In this document: piece after piece, positions 24,175 to 34,663 of the stretch | How the letters are laid out: every line of letters begins with the position of its first letter | Position numbering within the stretch: position 1 is the first letter of the stretch | DNA from: Nitrospirota bacterium | GTDB taxonomy: Bacteria; Nitrospirota; UBA9217 | Direction: 5' to 3' | NCBI GenBank assembly: GCA_963790205.1 | Contig: CAWBNQ010000008.1 | Span: 192,001 to 256,000, forward strand | Length of the DNA: 64,000 nt | Program-made: the position numbers and the translations under genes | The notes under the pieces: model-generated | The model's database searches: none | Told to the model about the DNA's origin: nothing | The model's input: only the letters and a program-made list of their open reading frames with translations

Positions 24175-24363
24175 ATGTTTGAAGGACTTTTTCAGCCCAT
24201 GCATCTGGTCCTGATCCTTGTGATCGTTCTCATTATTTTCGGTCCCGGAAAGCTTCCGGAACTGGGGGAGGGGCTGGGAAAGAGCATCAAGGCCTTCAAA
24301 AAAGCGATAAAGGACGAGCAGTGCCCTTCAACCATCGAGCACAACGAGGAAAAGAAGGCCTGA
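24175..24363 (+). CDS. tatA: Twin-arginine translocase TatA/TatE, copy 2
   Basis: GLFQPMHL...[32 protein letters not shown]. Confidence 0.9.
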   Translation: MFEGLFQPMHLVLILVIVLIIFGPGKLPELGEGLGKSIKAFKKAIKDEQCPSTIEHNEEKKA

Positions 24364-24556
24364 ACTTCTCGTGTCCGCGCACTACGCCTGGCGACGAATA
24401 ACTGTCCGGTAGAGGGACAAAAGCTGGCGGATCCTGCCTTTTATTTTTTTGAAACAGCCCCCTTCAACCTTTCGCCTTGCGTTTTTCCGAAATCTATATT
24501 ATCCTTTCTTCAATCCTATGCTCAAGAAAACCGCGTGAACCTTACTTTCCTCCGGT

Positions 24557-26371
24557 ATGCCTGATAAAACCTCCCCATTAAAAGGCACGTTGAAGTCCCT
24601 CGGCCTCGTGTTCGGCGACATCGGCACGAGCCCGATCTACACGCTGACCGTCATTTTCTTGCTCACCAAACCGACGGTCGACAATATCATCGGAGTCCTT
24701 TCCCTGATCGTCTGGACGCTGATCCTGCTGGTGACGGTCCAGTACGCATGGCTGGCCATGAGCCTCGGCAAGCGGGGCGAAGGCGGCACGATCGTTCTGC
24801 GGGAGCTTCTGGTCCCGCTTCTCAAATCGGGGAGGCAGGTCGCTCTCGTCACCCTTCTTTCTTTCGTCGGGATTTCGCTTATCATCGGCGACGGCGTCAT
24901 TACTCCCGCCATCAGTATCCTCTCCGCTGTCGAGGGTATTCTCCTGATCCCCAGCTTTGAACGTATGCCACAAACGACGCTCATTATCATAGCGGGGGCC
25001 ATTGCCTTCATCCTTTTCTCGTTCCAGAAAAAGGGCACCGAGAAAGTCGCCGGCGCGTTCGGGCCGATCATGCTTATCTGGTTCGCTGCGCTCACGGTCT
25101 CAGGACTGGCCTCCATCAACCATGCGCCTGCGGTGATCAAGGCGGTGAATCCCTATCATGCGTTCACGTTCCTGGTCCACAACGGCATTACGGGATTTTT
25201 CGTTCTTTCCGAGGTCATCCTGTGCGCCACGGGCGGCGAGGCGCTGTACGCGGACATGGGACACCTGGGGCGCGCGCCCATCGTCAAGTCCTGGTATTTC
25301 GTTTTTTTCGCGCTCGTGCTGAATTATCTGGGCCAGGGCGCTTTTCTTATGGGGCATCCCGAGGCGAAGAACGTGCTCTTTGAGATGGTGTACCATCAGG
25401 CAGAGTTCCTCTACATGCCGTTCCTGGTCCTCTCGATCATGGCCACGGTGATTGCATCGCAGGCCATGATCAGCGGCATGTTCTCGATCGTGTACCAGGG
25501 CATAACGACGCGCATCATGCCCATGTTCAAGGTGGACTACACGTCGGAGGAGCGGCACTCCCAGATCTATATCGGTTTCGTGAACTGGTTCCTTCTTATC
25601 GCCGTGCTCTATATTATCTCGGAGTTCAAAGAATCGAGCAAACTCGCGGCAGCATACGGCCTTGCGGTGACGGGGACCATGACCCTCACCGGCATATTCA
25701 TGACCTGGATCTTCTTTCTCAGACGGCAATACGGCCGTTCCGCGCTCTCGCTCTTCGTCACCTTCGTGACCATGATGTTCCTCGTGTCCAATACCTATAA
25801 GATCCCCCACGGCGGCTACTGGTCCATCATCATCGCCGCCATCCCGTTCTCGATCATCATGCTCTACCGTACCGGCCAGCGGAAGCTCTACTATTCGCTG
25901 CAGCCGCTGCCGATCGATGTTTTTCTGCTGAGCTACAACCAGATCTATAAGGCGATGAACAAGATCAGCGGTACCGCGCTTTTCTTTGCCCGGGACGCAC
26001 AAGAGATACCCCCCTATATCGTCCACACCATGTTCAAGAACAATATCATTTATGAAGACAATATCATCGTCTCGATCGTCAAACGCGAGGACCCCTTCGG
26101 CGTCACCGGGTTTCTCAAGGAAGAGCTCGCCCCGGGCCTCAGGACCTTCGAGGTCCAGATGGGATACATGGAAGTGCCGGATGTGGAGGAAATCCTGCGA
26201 GAAGCCGGGATCACCGAGAAGACCATTTTCTACGGCGTCGAGGAGATCATCCCCACGAACATCATATGGCAGATGTTCTCGGTCATGAAGCGGCTCACGC
26301 CGAACATCGTCCAGTTCTACAAGCTCCCGGCGAACAAGCTCCACGGCGTGGTCACCCGGGTGGAGATGTAA
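24557..26371 (+). CDS. kup: KUP/HAK/KT potassium transporter
   Basis: GLVFGDIGTSPIY, GDGVITPAIS, TGGEALYADMGH, AAYGLAV. Confidence 0.95.
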   Translation: MPDKTSPLKGTLKSLGLVFGDIGTSPIYTLTVIFLLTKPTVDNIIGVLSLIVWTLILLVTVQYAWLAMSLGKRGEGGTIVLRELLVPLLKSGRQVALVTLLSFVGISLIIGDGVITPAISILSAVEGILLIPSFERMPQTTLIIIAGAIAFILFSFQKKGTEKVAGAFGPIMLIWFAALTVSGLASINHAPAVIKAVNPYHAFTFLVHNGITGFFVLSEVILCATGGEALYADMGHLGRAPIVKSWYFVFFALVLNYLGQGAFLMGHPEAKNVLFEMVYHQAEFLYMPFLVLSIMATVIASQAMISGMFSIVYQGITTRIMPMFKVDYTSEERHSQIYIGFVNWFLLIAVLYIISEFKESSKLAAAYGLAVTGTMTLTGIFMTWIFFLRRQYGRSALSLFVTFVTMMFLVSNTYKIPHGGYWSIIIAAIPFSIIMLYRTGQRKLYYSLQPLPIDVFLLSYNQIYKAMNKISGTALFFARDAQEIPPYIVHTMFKNNIIYEDNIIVSIVKREDPFGVTGFLKEELAPGLRTFEVQMGYMEVPDVEEILREAGITEKTIFYGVEEIIPTNIIWQMFSVMKRLTPNIVQFYKLPANKLHGVVTRVEM

Positions 26372-26405
26372 ATTATATTGCGAATTTCGGAATGCGGAGT
26401 GCGGA

Positions 26406-26735
26406 ATGAAAATATTCGAGATGTCCGGCGGGATCAAAGAATCAGGAGAGTCCATCCTCGGGTCTCGTGAAACGGGCAGCCACGCCTGCTATCTCGTCTA
26501 CGGAGTGCTCAAGCCGGGAGAGCGCGGGCGGGTCCTGAAACCCGGTCATGGCCATGAGGAAATCATCCTTGCCCTCCATGGCGATCTTGCGCTGACCGGA
26601 AAGGAGACGGGAATCCTGAAACAAGGCCAAGCGCTCCACCTGCAAGGCGAGGAATCGGTTTCCGTTGAGAACGACGGCAGTGAACAGGCAATATATGTCA
26701 TCTCCGGCGGGCATTCGGAACACGGACATGATTGA
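26406..26735 (+). CDS. Cupin-like hypothetical protein
   Basis: GHGHEEI and ENDG beta-barrel-like pattern. Confidence 0.6.
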   Translation: MKIFEMSGGIKESGESILGSRETGSHACYLVYGVLKPGERGRVLKPGHGHEEIILALHGDLALTGKETGILKQGQALHLQGEESVSVENDGSEQAIYVISGGHSEHGHD

Positions 26736-26771
26736 GTCGTGGTCCTGCGATCAACAAGGAGGAAAACAAAA

Positions 26772-27515
26772 ATGATGAGAACGGCAAATCCTGCACTGAA
26801 CGACAACACTTTTAGGGGCTACGGGCGGGCAATCGCTTCGGGCGACAGCATGACGATCCATGGAACGGTGAACAAGGCCGCGGTGCTGTTGCTGCTTGTG
26901 CTGCTGACCGCATCCTTGACATGGAAACTGTATTACACAGCTACGAACTCGCTTGGAATCTGGATTTTAGGCGGGGCGATCGGCGGCTTTATCGTCGCCA
27001 TGGTCACGGTCTTCAGGAAACAATGGGCCGCATTGACGGCCCCGCTCTATGCCCTCCTGGAAGGGCTGGTGCTCGGCGGGATATCGTCAGTGCTCGAAGC
27101 CCGCTACCCGGGCATCGTGATCCAGGCCGTGGGGCTCACCTTCGGCACGCTCTTCGGGCTCCTGTTCGCGTACAAGTCGGGGATGATCAAAGCGACGGAG
27201 AACTTCAAGCTCGGCGTTGTCGCGGCAACGGGCGGGATCGCGGTCGTATATCTGGTTACGATGTTGCTCGGCTTCTTCGGAATCCGTATGCCCTATATCC
27301 ATGAGAGCGGGATGATCGGGATCGGCTTCAGCCTCTTCGTCGTCATCATCGCGGCCCTGAACCTCGTCCTCGACTTCGATTTTATCGAGAGCGGCGCGGC
27401 GCAGGGTGCTCCGAAGTATATGGAGTGGTACGGCGCCTTCGGCCTCATGGTCACGCTGATCTGGCTCTATATCGAGATATTGAGGCTGCTTTCGAAGATG
27501 CGGAGCAGGAGATAA
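26772..27515 (+). CDS. Bax inhibitor-1/YccA family membrane protein
   Basis: MTIHGTVNK, YALLEG, LVLDFD, EWYGAFGL..TLIWLY. Confidence 0.88.
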   Translation: MMRTANPALNDNTFRGYGRAIASGDSMTIHGTVNKAAVLLLLVLLTASLTWKLYYTATNSLGIWILGGAIGGFIVAMVTVFRKQWAALTAPLYALLEGLVLGGISSVLEARYPGIVIQAVGLTFGTLFGLLFAYKSGMIKATENFKLGVVAATGGIAVVYLVTMLLGFFGIRMPYIHESGMIGIGFSLFVVIIAALNLVLDFDFIESGAAQGAPKYMEWYGAFGLMVTLIWLYIEILRLLSKMRSRR

Positions 27516-27986
27516 GTGGCTTAACCCCCTCTCTCCCCCGCGGAGGGGCTTAGCTTTGGATTATTTACTTTATCTTCGCAGTATGCTAATATTGAAACAG
27601 AGATAATGAGGGCGGAGAAGCGGCGTCTTGAGATGATGGTTCAGATAGTAAAAACATCCCATGATTGGGAGAGTGAGGACGAAAAAGAAGGCAGAGTAAA
27701 GACAGGCCGTCGAAAAAAGCTGCTATAAAAAAACTTGTCATTCCGAGCGACAGCGAAAAATCCGGCAAGACAACACTGAGGATTAACTTCGCGAAGAATA
27801 TCATGGTGGCGCAAGTATTGGGCCAGTAGTGCTTTGAGAGAGAGGTCAGAGCGTTTTTTAAGACAGCTGTTATCGCTTCACGGTGATATATAAGTGCTCT
27901 GTCGAAGGAGTTGCCCTCAAGGGGTGGCCCTATCCTTTACCGTCTTGTCTTTCACAAACAAGGCAAGAAAAAAAGGAGAACAGGCA

Positions 27987-28742
27987 ATGAAAAAGTATGC
28001 CTTACTCTGTTTCGCGATGGGTTTAGCTTTGACTTTTGGTACAAGTGCGATGGCGGCAGGTGACGTCCCGGGAACCGGCATCATGAACACGCCTCACGAC
28101 CTGAGGTTTCCCGGCACGCCTGGTTATGGCGAGAGGGTAGAGCAGGCTGGTCTGGAGGGGATATGCATGTATTGCCATGCCCCGCACAATGCCAGGAAGC
28201 TTGACAGCATGGTTTCGTATGTGCCTCTCTGGAATCATACCATTGCCCTGGACACGGTATTTACGATGTACATGAAGATGGATAGCACCGGTTTGTCAGG
28301 CCCAGGACAGCAGGAGCTAACGGTCATAAATCTGGCCTTTGCTCCCGGCTCCGTGTCCCAGCTCTGCCTGAGCTGCCATGACGGCTCTGTTGCCACGAAC
28401 GAGTACGGATTCATGCTCTCCCTATCGAAAAGAGGAGCAGGGCAGCACTACATAACCAGCCCTCCCTTAAAAAACGGCTTCGGCACTACTTTCTCGGCTG
28501 GTCATCCAATCGGTTTTGACTATCAGTCCTTTGTAAATGTTAATGATGCAATCAATCCCGTCACGGCTCCCGTGGTAGGAACTTTGAATGGCGGTCCTGC
28601 AACAATCGGCGAACTTCTCTGGAACGGCCGAGTGGAATGCATCACCTGTCATGATGTGCACAACTACAAGAACGGCGGGCCGAAATTCACCTGGGTTAAC
28701 GACACGAAGAGCAAACTGTGCCGGATTTGCCACGGCGTATGA
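27987..28742 (+). CDS. Exported tetraheme cytochrome c, OmcE-like
   Basis: Signal peptide; CMYCH, CLSCH, CITCH, CRICH; NTPHDL, PLWNH and HPIGF motifs. Confidence 0.85.
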   Translation: MKKYALLCFAMGLALTFGTSAMAAGDVPGTGIMNTPHDLRFPGTPGYGERVEQAGLEGICMYCHAPHNARKLDSMVSYVPLWNHTIALDTVFTMYMKMDSTGLSGPGQQELTVINLAFAPGSVSQLCLSCHDGSVATNEYGFMLSLSKRGAGQHYITSPPLKNGFGTTFSAGHPIGFDYQSFVNVNDAINPVTAPVVGTLNGGPATIGELLWNGRVECITCHDVHNYKNGGPKFTWVNDTKSKLCRICHGV

Positions 28743-28818
28743 GGAGAATATCACCGGTGTTCTCCGCCGAACCCGATTGACGCATACGCTATTCCCGGGA
28801 GGGGGGTAATTTATGCAA

Positions 28819-29919
28819 TTAGAGCGGCAGCTTCTTTGTTTCTTCGATCTCGTGGCCGGCTTCGGTCCCGGTCAACGACTGGAGCTTGTCGCCGAACTTC
28901 AAGAGCCGCTTGTCCGCTTCGTCATATCTTGCCTTGGTATTCGTCAGATGCTTCCCGACCAATTCGAACTCGTCTTGAAATTTTCTGAAGTCACCCGATA
29001 GTCTCGCGAGGTTTTTCAGGATCTCCTGGGCCTGTTCCTCGATGTGCAGGCCTTTGAGGCCCAAAAGGATGGTCTGAAGGTAGGCGTAGAAGCTGTTCGG
29101 TGAGACCGGGATCACGCGCTTCGTGAAAGCGTAGCTCAAGAGCGCCTTGTCCGTGTCCACGGCCTCGTCCTTGATGATGAGCTCGTAGTACACGTTTTCG
29201 GCCGGGATGTACATGAGGGCGAAGTCGAAGGTGCCTTCGTCGGGCAGGATATATTTTCCGGCAATGGCATCTACGTGTTTTTTCACGTCAGCGATGAACT
29301 TCCGCTTGGCTGCTTTGCGCTCTTCTTCCGAGGCCGTATCGACAACGCGCCTGAAGTTTTCGAGAGGGAACTTGGCGTCCACGGGAACGAGGCTCTGCCC
29401 GATCTTGATGACCGCGTCCACTGCCTCGCCGCTCTTGAACCGGTGCTGGAGCGTGTAGTGCGCTGGAGGGAAGATCTGGGCCAGGAGGTCTCCGAGGAAG
29501 AGCTCGCCCAATCCGCCGCGAAGCTTCGGAGAGCGGAGTATCTCCTGCAGACTCGCGATGTCTTTTCCCACGTCGAAAACTTTTTTTGTGGCTTCGGAGA
29601 GGCTCCCGAGCCCCTTGCTCACTTCCTGCACGACCCGGGCCGCGTTGTCCAACCTCGTATTCAAATCGCCCGTTGATTTTTGGAGCTGTTGCGTTACTTG
29701 ATTCAGCTGATTATTCACCTGCAGATTGATCTGGGAGAGCTGCTGGTTGACCGTATCCTGATTTTTTAACATGGCGTCCGTGAGCTGGCCCCGGAGGGAC
29801 TGCACCTCCTGCTGCATCAGGCCGATGGACGGATCCGCGGTCTTCTTCATGGACTGAACAATCAGCCAGAAAAGGAGGACGATGACCGCTGCAAGAAGTA
29901 TGAGGATGGTGATCTGCAT
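28819..29919 (-). CDS. rmuC: DNA recombination protein RmuC
   Basis: N-terminal TM, coiled coil, RGGLGE, VDAKFP, FALMYIPAE, SPNS. Confidence 0.9.
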   Translation of the reverse strand: MQITILILLAAVIVLLFWLIVQSMKKTADPSIGLMQQEVQSLRGQLTDAMLKNQDTVNQQLSQINLQVNNQLNQVTQQLQKSTGDLNTRLDNAARVVQEVSKGLGSLSEATKKVFDVGKDIASLQEILRSPKLRGGLGELFLGDLLAQIFPPAHYTLQHRFKSGEAVDAVIKIGQSLVPVDAKFPLENFRRVVDTASEEERKAAKRKFIADVKKHVDAIAGKYILPDEGTFDFALMYIPAENVYYELIIKDEAVDTDKALLSYAFTKRVIPVSPNSFYAYLQTILLGLKGLHIEEQAQEILKNLARLSGDFRKFQDEFELVGKHLTNTKARYDEADKRLLKFGDKLQSLTGTEAGHEIEETKKLPL

Positions 29920-29984
29920 TTTATTCAGGTTAAGGTTGAGGCTGAGACGTCCGGATTTATCCTTAATCTTGGCCTCAGCCTGTT

Positions 29985-30983
29985 TTATTTGATTTCAAGC
30001 ATTCTGTCCAGTGCCCGCTTGGCCGGCACCCGTATCTCCTCCGGCACCTTGATCACGTACTGCATCTTCTCCATGGCCGCAAGCACGCTCGTAAGCTTCG
30101 TCCTCTTCATGTTCGGGCAGACCATTTCTTTATTCAGGATGTAAAATTGTTTGTCCGGGCTGTCCTTCCTGAGCCGGTAAAGGATGCCTTCCTCGGTGCC
30201 GATGATGAATTCCCGGTTGCTCGATTCCTTGCAGAAGCGAAGCATGCCCGAGGTGCTCGTGATCCGGTCGGCCATGTCCTGGACTGCCGGGGGGCATTCG
30301 GGATGGACGACCAGAACCGCATCGGGATGCTCGGTCTTCGCCCTGGTAACGTCCTCGATATCGAGGTGCGCGTGATGGACGTTACAGAAGCCGTCCCAGG
30401 ATATGATCTTCTTCTTCGTTCTTTTGGCGGCGTAGGCCGAGAGGTTCCGGTCAGGGATGCAGATGACGGTGTCCTCTTTGAGGGATCCCACGACCTTCAC
30501 GACATTCGACGAGGTGCAGCAGATATCGCTTTCGGCCTTGACAGCGGCCGAGGTGTTCACGTAGGCAACGACCGGCGCGCCGGGATACTTTTTCTTCATG
30601 TCCAAAAGCGTGAATTCGTCGGCAAACTCGAAGGTAATGCCCAAGATGTCGGTGTACAGGTCCCGCCGTGTCTTGCGCGGACCGTTGACCGTGACCATGT
30701 CGGCCATGGGGCAGCCGGCGCCGAGCTCGGGGAGCAGGACGATCTTGTCCGGCGAGAGGATCGAGGCGCTTTCGGCCATGAAATGGACGCCGCAGAACAC
30801 GATGACCTGGTAATCCGTTTTCGCCGCGGCGCGCGAGAGTTCGAGCGAGTCGCCGGTGAAGTCCGCGATGTCCTGGACCTCGGGCCGCTGATAATTATGC
30901 GCGAGGATGATCGCGTTCAGGTCTTTTTTGAGTTTCAGGATTTTGTCACGGGTAATAGCGATGTCGGTCTTCTGGGCGGTCAT
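29985..30983 (-). CDS. nadA: Quinolinate synthase
   Basis: [37 protein letters not shown]. Confidence 0.95.
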   Translation of the reverse strand: MTAQKTDIAITRDKILKLKKDLNAIILAHNYQRPEVQDIADFTGDSLELSRAAAKTDYQVIVFCGVHFMAESASILSPDKIVLLPELGAGCPMADMVTVNGPRKTRRDLYTDILGITFEFADEFTLLDMKKKYPGAPVVAYVNTSAAVKAESDICCTSSNVVKVVGSLKEDTVICIPDRNLSAYAAKRTKKKIISWDGFCNVHHAHLDIEDVTRAKTEHPDAVLVVHPECPPAVQDMADRITSTSGMLRFCKESSNREFIIGTEEGILYRLRKDSPDKQFYILNKEMVCPNMKRTKLTSVLAAMEKMQYVIKVPEEIRVPAKRALDRMLEIK

Positions 30984-31095
30984 AGGTAAGCTGATAATAC
31001 AGACAACGGCACGGTGTTGTCAAATGGAAATTCTTTCATTGGGCCACAAAGGCAAGAAGGGTCAAAGTAAACATCGTTCTTTACTTCGTGTCTTA

Positions 31096-31140
31096 GCCTG
31101 CACCCAGCGGTTACGAGTGGTAACGCGAGTGCAGGGTGTG
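31096..31140 (-). repeat. ~45-bp dispersed element, copy 2
   Basis: Reverse complement reads CACACCCTGCACTCGCGTTACCACTCGTAACCGCTGGGTGCAGGC. Confidence 0.85.
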
Positions 31141-31210
31141 ATCACATGCAAGTATAGGCTTAACGGCTTTTCTGTTGCACGCCAAGCTGATTTCGGGTAT
31201 TCTATCGCTT

Positions 31211-32110
31211 ATGACTGATGAGCAGAAATTCAAATCCGGTTTCATTTCCATCATCGGCAGGCCGAACGTGGGCAAATCCACGCTCCTGAACGCGCTTTTG
31301 GGCGAGAAGATCGCCATCATCTCCGACAAGCCGCAGACCACGCGAAACCGCATTCTGGGCATCGTGAGCCGGGCCGGAGCGCAGATGGTGTTCATGGACA
31401 CGCCGGGCATCCACAAGCCCATGCACAAGATGAACGAGTTCATGGTCAAGACCGCGCTTGCGACGTACAACGAAGTGGATGTGATCCTGATGCTCGTCGA
31501 GGCCACGGAGCAGCCAGGCGGGGGAGACCGGTTTATCATTGAAACCCTTTCTCAACTGAAAACACCGGTCTTTCTCCTTATCAACAAAACAGACCTTATC
31601 AAAAAAGAAGCTTTGCTGCCGCTCATGCAGGAGTATGGCAGGCTCTATGACTTTGCCGAGATCATTCCCATATCCGCGCTCCGGAACGACCTCGGGGGCC
31701 TTATTGACATCATCCTTAAGCGGCTGCCCCAGGGGCCGAAATATTTCCCCGATGACCAGCTTACGGACCAGCCCGAGCGCTTCGTCGTGAGCGAGCTTAT
31801 CCGGGAAAAGATCTTTGAATTGACCAAGGAAGAGATCCCCTATTCCACGGCCGTGGCCATCGAGGAAATGAAGGAAGAGCCGGACATCACGCGCATCACC
31901 GCAGTTATCTACGTGGAGCGCGACTCGCAGAAGGGCATCCTGATCGGCAAGGGCGGGGGAATGCTCAAACAGATCGGCACATTCGCCCGGCAGGACGCGG
32001 AGAAACTGCTCGGGACGAAGATCTTCCTCCAGCTCTGGGTCAAGGTGAAGAAGGGCTGGCGCGAAGACGAGCGCATGCTGAAGAACCTTGGGCTGATGAC
32101 GGAAGAATAG
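31211..32110 (+). CDS. era: GTPase Era
   Basis: GRPNVGKST, KPQTTR, DTPG, NKTD, KH domain. Confidence 0.95.
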   Translation: MTDEQKFKSGFISIIGRPNVGKSTLLNALLGEKIAIISDKPQTTRNRILGIVSRAGAQMVFMDTPGIHKPMHKMNEFMVKTALATYNEVDVILMLVEATEQPGGGDRFIIETLSQLKTPVFLLINKTDLIKKEALLPLMQEYGRLYDFAEIIPISALRNDLGGLIDIILKRLPQGPKYFPDDQLTDQPERFVVSELIREKIFELTKEEIPYSTAVAIEEMKEEPDITRITAVIYVERDSQKGILIGKGGGMLKQIGTFARQDAEKLLGTKIFLQLWVKVKKGWREDERMLKNLGLMTEE

Positions 32111-32263
32111 AGCAAGCACCAAATCTCAAATAGCAAGTCCCAAATTAGCTCCAAGCATAAATTCAAAATACGAAATCCTTGAAACCTTGAATTTGAAATT
32201 TTGGTGTGTATTATTTGTGATTTGGATATTGTGATTTGAAATTTTATTTTGAGGTGTAAAAAA

Positions 32264-32890
32264 GTGCATGAACTGATAAACTGGCTGGTCATGACCATCG
32301 GGGCGCTCGGTTATCCCGGGATTTTCCTGCTCATGGCCATGGAGAGTTCCGTCATCCCCCTCCCGAGCGAGCTCGTGATGCCGCCCGCGGGGTATCTCGC
32401 GCAGCAGGGGCAGATGCACATGGCGATCGCCATCCTCTGCGGGACCCTTGGGAGCCTCGCGGGCGCCTATGTGAACTACTTTGCGGCGCATTACCTCGGC
32501 AGGCCGCTTCTTCTCAAATACGGAAAGTACGTCTGGATCACGGAGGAGAAATTCGAGAAGGTCGATCAATACTTCAAGAACCACGGGGAAATATCGATCT
32601 TTATCGCCCGGCTCCTGCCTGTGGTCCGCCACCTCATCTCTCTGCCGGCGGGCCTTGCCCGTATGAACCATTGGAAGTTCTCGCTCTATACCCTGGCCGG
32701 AGCGGGGCTCTGGGTCACGGTGTTGACCTTCATCGGCTATTTCATCGGGGCCGAGAGGGAACTCATCATGCAGTACTCGCACCAGGCCCTTATCGGGGCA
32801 GTCGTGCTGAGTGTTGCGATCGTCTCCGTGTATGTCTGGAACCACCGGAGGAAGAAACAGAAAACGGACACGGCCGAAACCGGTGAATAA
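32264..32890 (+). CDS. DedA family membrane protein
   Basis: ESSVIPLPSE, RLLPVVRHLISLPAG. Confidence 0.9.
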   Translation: MHELINWLVMTIGALGYPGIFLLMAMESSVIPLPSELVMPPAGYLAQQGQMHMAIAILCGTLGSLAGAYVNYFAAHYLGRPLLLKYGKYVWITEEKFEKVDQYFKNHGEISIFIARLLPVVRHLISLPAGLARMNHWKFSLYTLAGAGLWVTVLTFIGYFIGAERELIMQYSHQALIGAVVLSVAIVSVYVWNHRRKKQKTDTAETGE

Positions 32891-32952
32891 GATGTCGAAG
32901 GAAGAAAATCTTTGCGTGACTCGACTGATTTCAATCTCAAAGGGGAATATGC

Positions 32953-33563
32953 ATGAAAAAAAGCCCCGGTTGTTCTTCTTCTTGTGCTCATTCCATTTTT
33001 ACCGTTGCACGCCTGGGGGAAAAAGAGGATCACCGGATACGGCCCCTTCGATTTCGCCGGCACGGTCAGCCCGGGAGAGGTGGAAAAGGCAGGGAGCTCC
33101 GAACTTTCACCGATCGAAAAAGGGCAGGACTATTCCTTCAAAGCCTACGAACGGTTCGAGGGGCTTGTTGACTTCCTGCAGTACCATAAGATGGGCAAGA
33201 TTACGCCTGCGCGACAGAGCGGGTCTGTGCCGAAGATCACGGCCACCGAGGTCCACCTGGAAGACGGAAAGCTGCGGCTGATCATTCTTTATTTTAATCG
33301 TAACTCCGGGTTGAATTCCCCGCCGCTTGCGGCGGGGTAGTTTTATTCCGCACGATTACGATGAGTATCTCAGGGTCATCAGGCTTGAGTATGGTGAGCC
33401 GACGGTTCCCTCGCGGAAAAAGAAAAACAGCCTGAGAAAAGATCTCTGGCTGAGCGGGGGCAGCTGCATCGTCCTTCAGCAGGTCACCATGAAGAACATC
33501 GTAAGCGGCGGCGAGCTGAAGATCCAGAAAGGCCGATGCGAGGGAGCGGGGAGCGCACAGTGA
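32953..33563 (+). CDS. Probable exported hypothetical protein split by two homopolymer frameshifts
   Basis: Removing one A near 32956-32962 gives the signal peptide MKKAPVVLLLVLIPFLPLHAWG; removing one G near 33335-33338 joins ORF 33327-33563. Confidence 0.55.
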
Positions 33564-33994
33564 TTGCCGGGCAACCTTTCTCGGCATGGTGCGGAGCTCC
33601 TGCTAGGAACAAAAAGTGGAACATTCTTTTTTGCGACCCATTCATGAAACCTTGCCCGGTCTCCGTGTTCCTCGACGCCTGCAGCCCCGAGCACCAGGTG
33701 AAGGTGCTGCACTTCCTCGAACTGCTTGAAGAAATGGGTCCGATGCTGCCGCGTCCCTATGCCGACCTGCTGGAGGACGGTATACACGAGCTGCGCGTCA
33801 GGCTGTCCGGGATCCAGATGCGGCTGCTCTATTTCTTTTGTTTCGAGACCTACATCATTGTTTACCGGGCGCTGCGAAAGAGCACCAGTAAAGTTCCCGA
33901 TGAATACATCCGCGAGACGAGGCGCTATCGGGAAATATTCCTGGGCCGCATGGACCACAACGCTCTCAGGAGGCTCACCGATGTGGAGCTTTAG
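33560..33994 (+). CDS. RelE/HigB (Gp49-like) type II toxin homolog; start uncertain
   Basis: LEEMGPMLPRPYADLLEDGIHELRV...RLLYFF...KSTSKVP. Confidence 0.8.
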   Translation: MIAGQPFSAWCGAPARNKKWNILFCDPFMKPCPVSVFLDACSPEHQVKVLHFLELLEEMGPMLPRPYADLLEDGIHELRVRLSGIQMRLLYFFCFETYIIVYRALRKSTSKVPDEYIRETRRYREIFLGRMDHNALRRLTDVEL

Positions 33995-34277
33995 AGCTTA
34001 CCTGAAGGCTAAATGTGCTGATCCGGAGTTCCTTGATCGGTATCGCGAACAGTGCAACATATGTTCGAAGACGGTGATGATCATCAGTTCGATCAGGGAG
34101 CAAGGGCTTACGAATGAGGACGTGGCGCGAAGAGCGGGAGTAGAGCTTGAACATCTGGAGTTGCTCGAAGCAGCGGACCAATGCATCTTCGAGGACGTGC
34201 AGAAGCTTGGTCGTTGCCTAAACCTTTCCCTGACCGGCGGATGCAAAAAAACGGACGGGAATAGGGCGAAGCTCTAG
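33981..34277 (+). CDS. HigA-like XRE HTH antitoxin homolog, Cys-rich
   Basis: Overlaps the toxin stop; DPEF..Y, IREQGLTNEDVARRAGV HTH; six Cys. Confidence 0.7.
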   Translation: MWSFRAYLKAKCADPEFLDRYREQCNICSKTVMIISSIREQGLTNEDVARRAGVELEHLELLEAADQCIFEDVQKLGRCLNLSLTGGCKKTDGNRAKL

Positions 34278-34663
34278 CAAGTTGCTGAAAAACTCTTGAA
34301 ATGTCATTGTGACGAGCGTTTTTCGCGACGCGGCAATCTTGAAGTTATTGCTTTCTTTGGGATCAGACTCGGGTACTAAGGTATTGACCGTTCCGCCGTT
34401 TTCTGCACGCCTCCTTTCAACCCCTTGATACTACTCGTAAACACAAACTTTTCCCCTTTTTCCATCTTTCGTCTTAATCTCCAACAGAAATCTTTTTCCG
34501 ACATTTTCTGTCATTGCATTGCCTCCTCATCTGACGAAAAAGAACACTGCGTTCACATTTTACACAAGTCCGTCTCTATGAAATAAGTGGTATGACATAT
34601 ATGAAAAAGTATTGTGCTATACTAAAATGATACGAATCACTATGAGTGCGGGAGGTGTGAGCG

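Noticed and set aside
27520..27985. Cyclic-dinucleotide (GEMM) riboswitch upstream of the OmcE-like gene
   Set aside because: I could not find the GGCAAA...GAAA...GACGCAAAG core. An Rfam scan would settle it.
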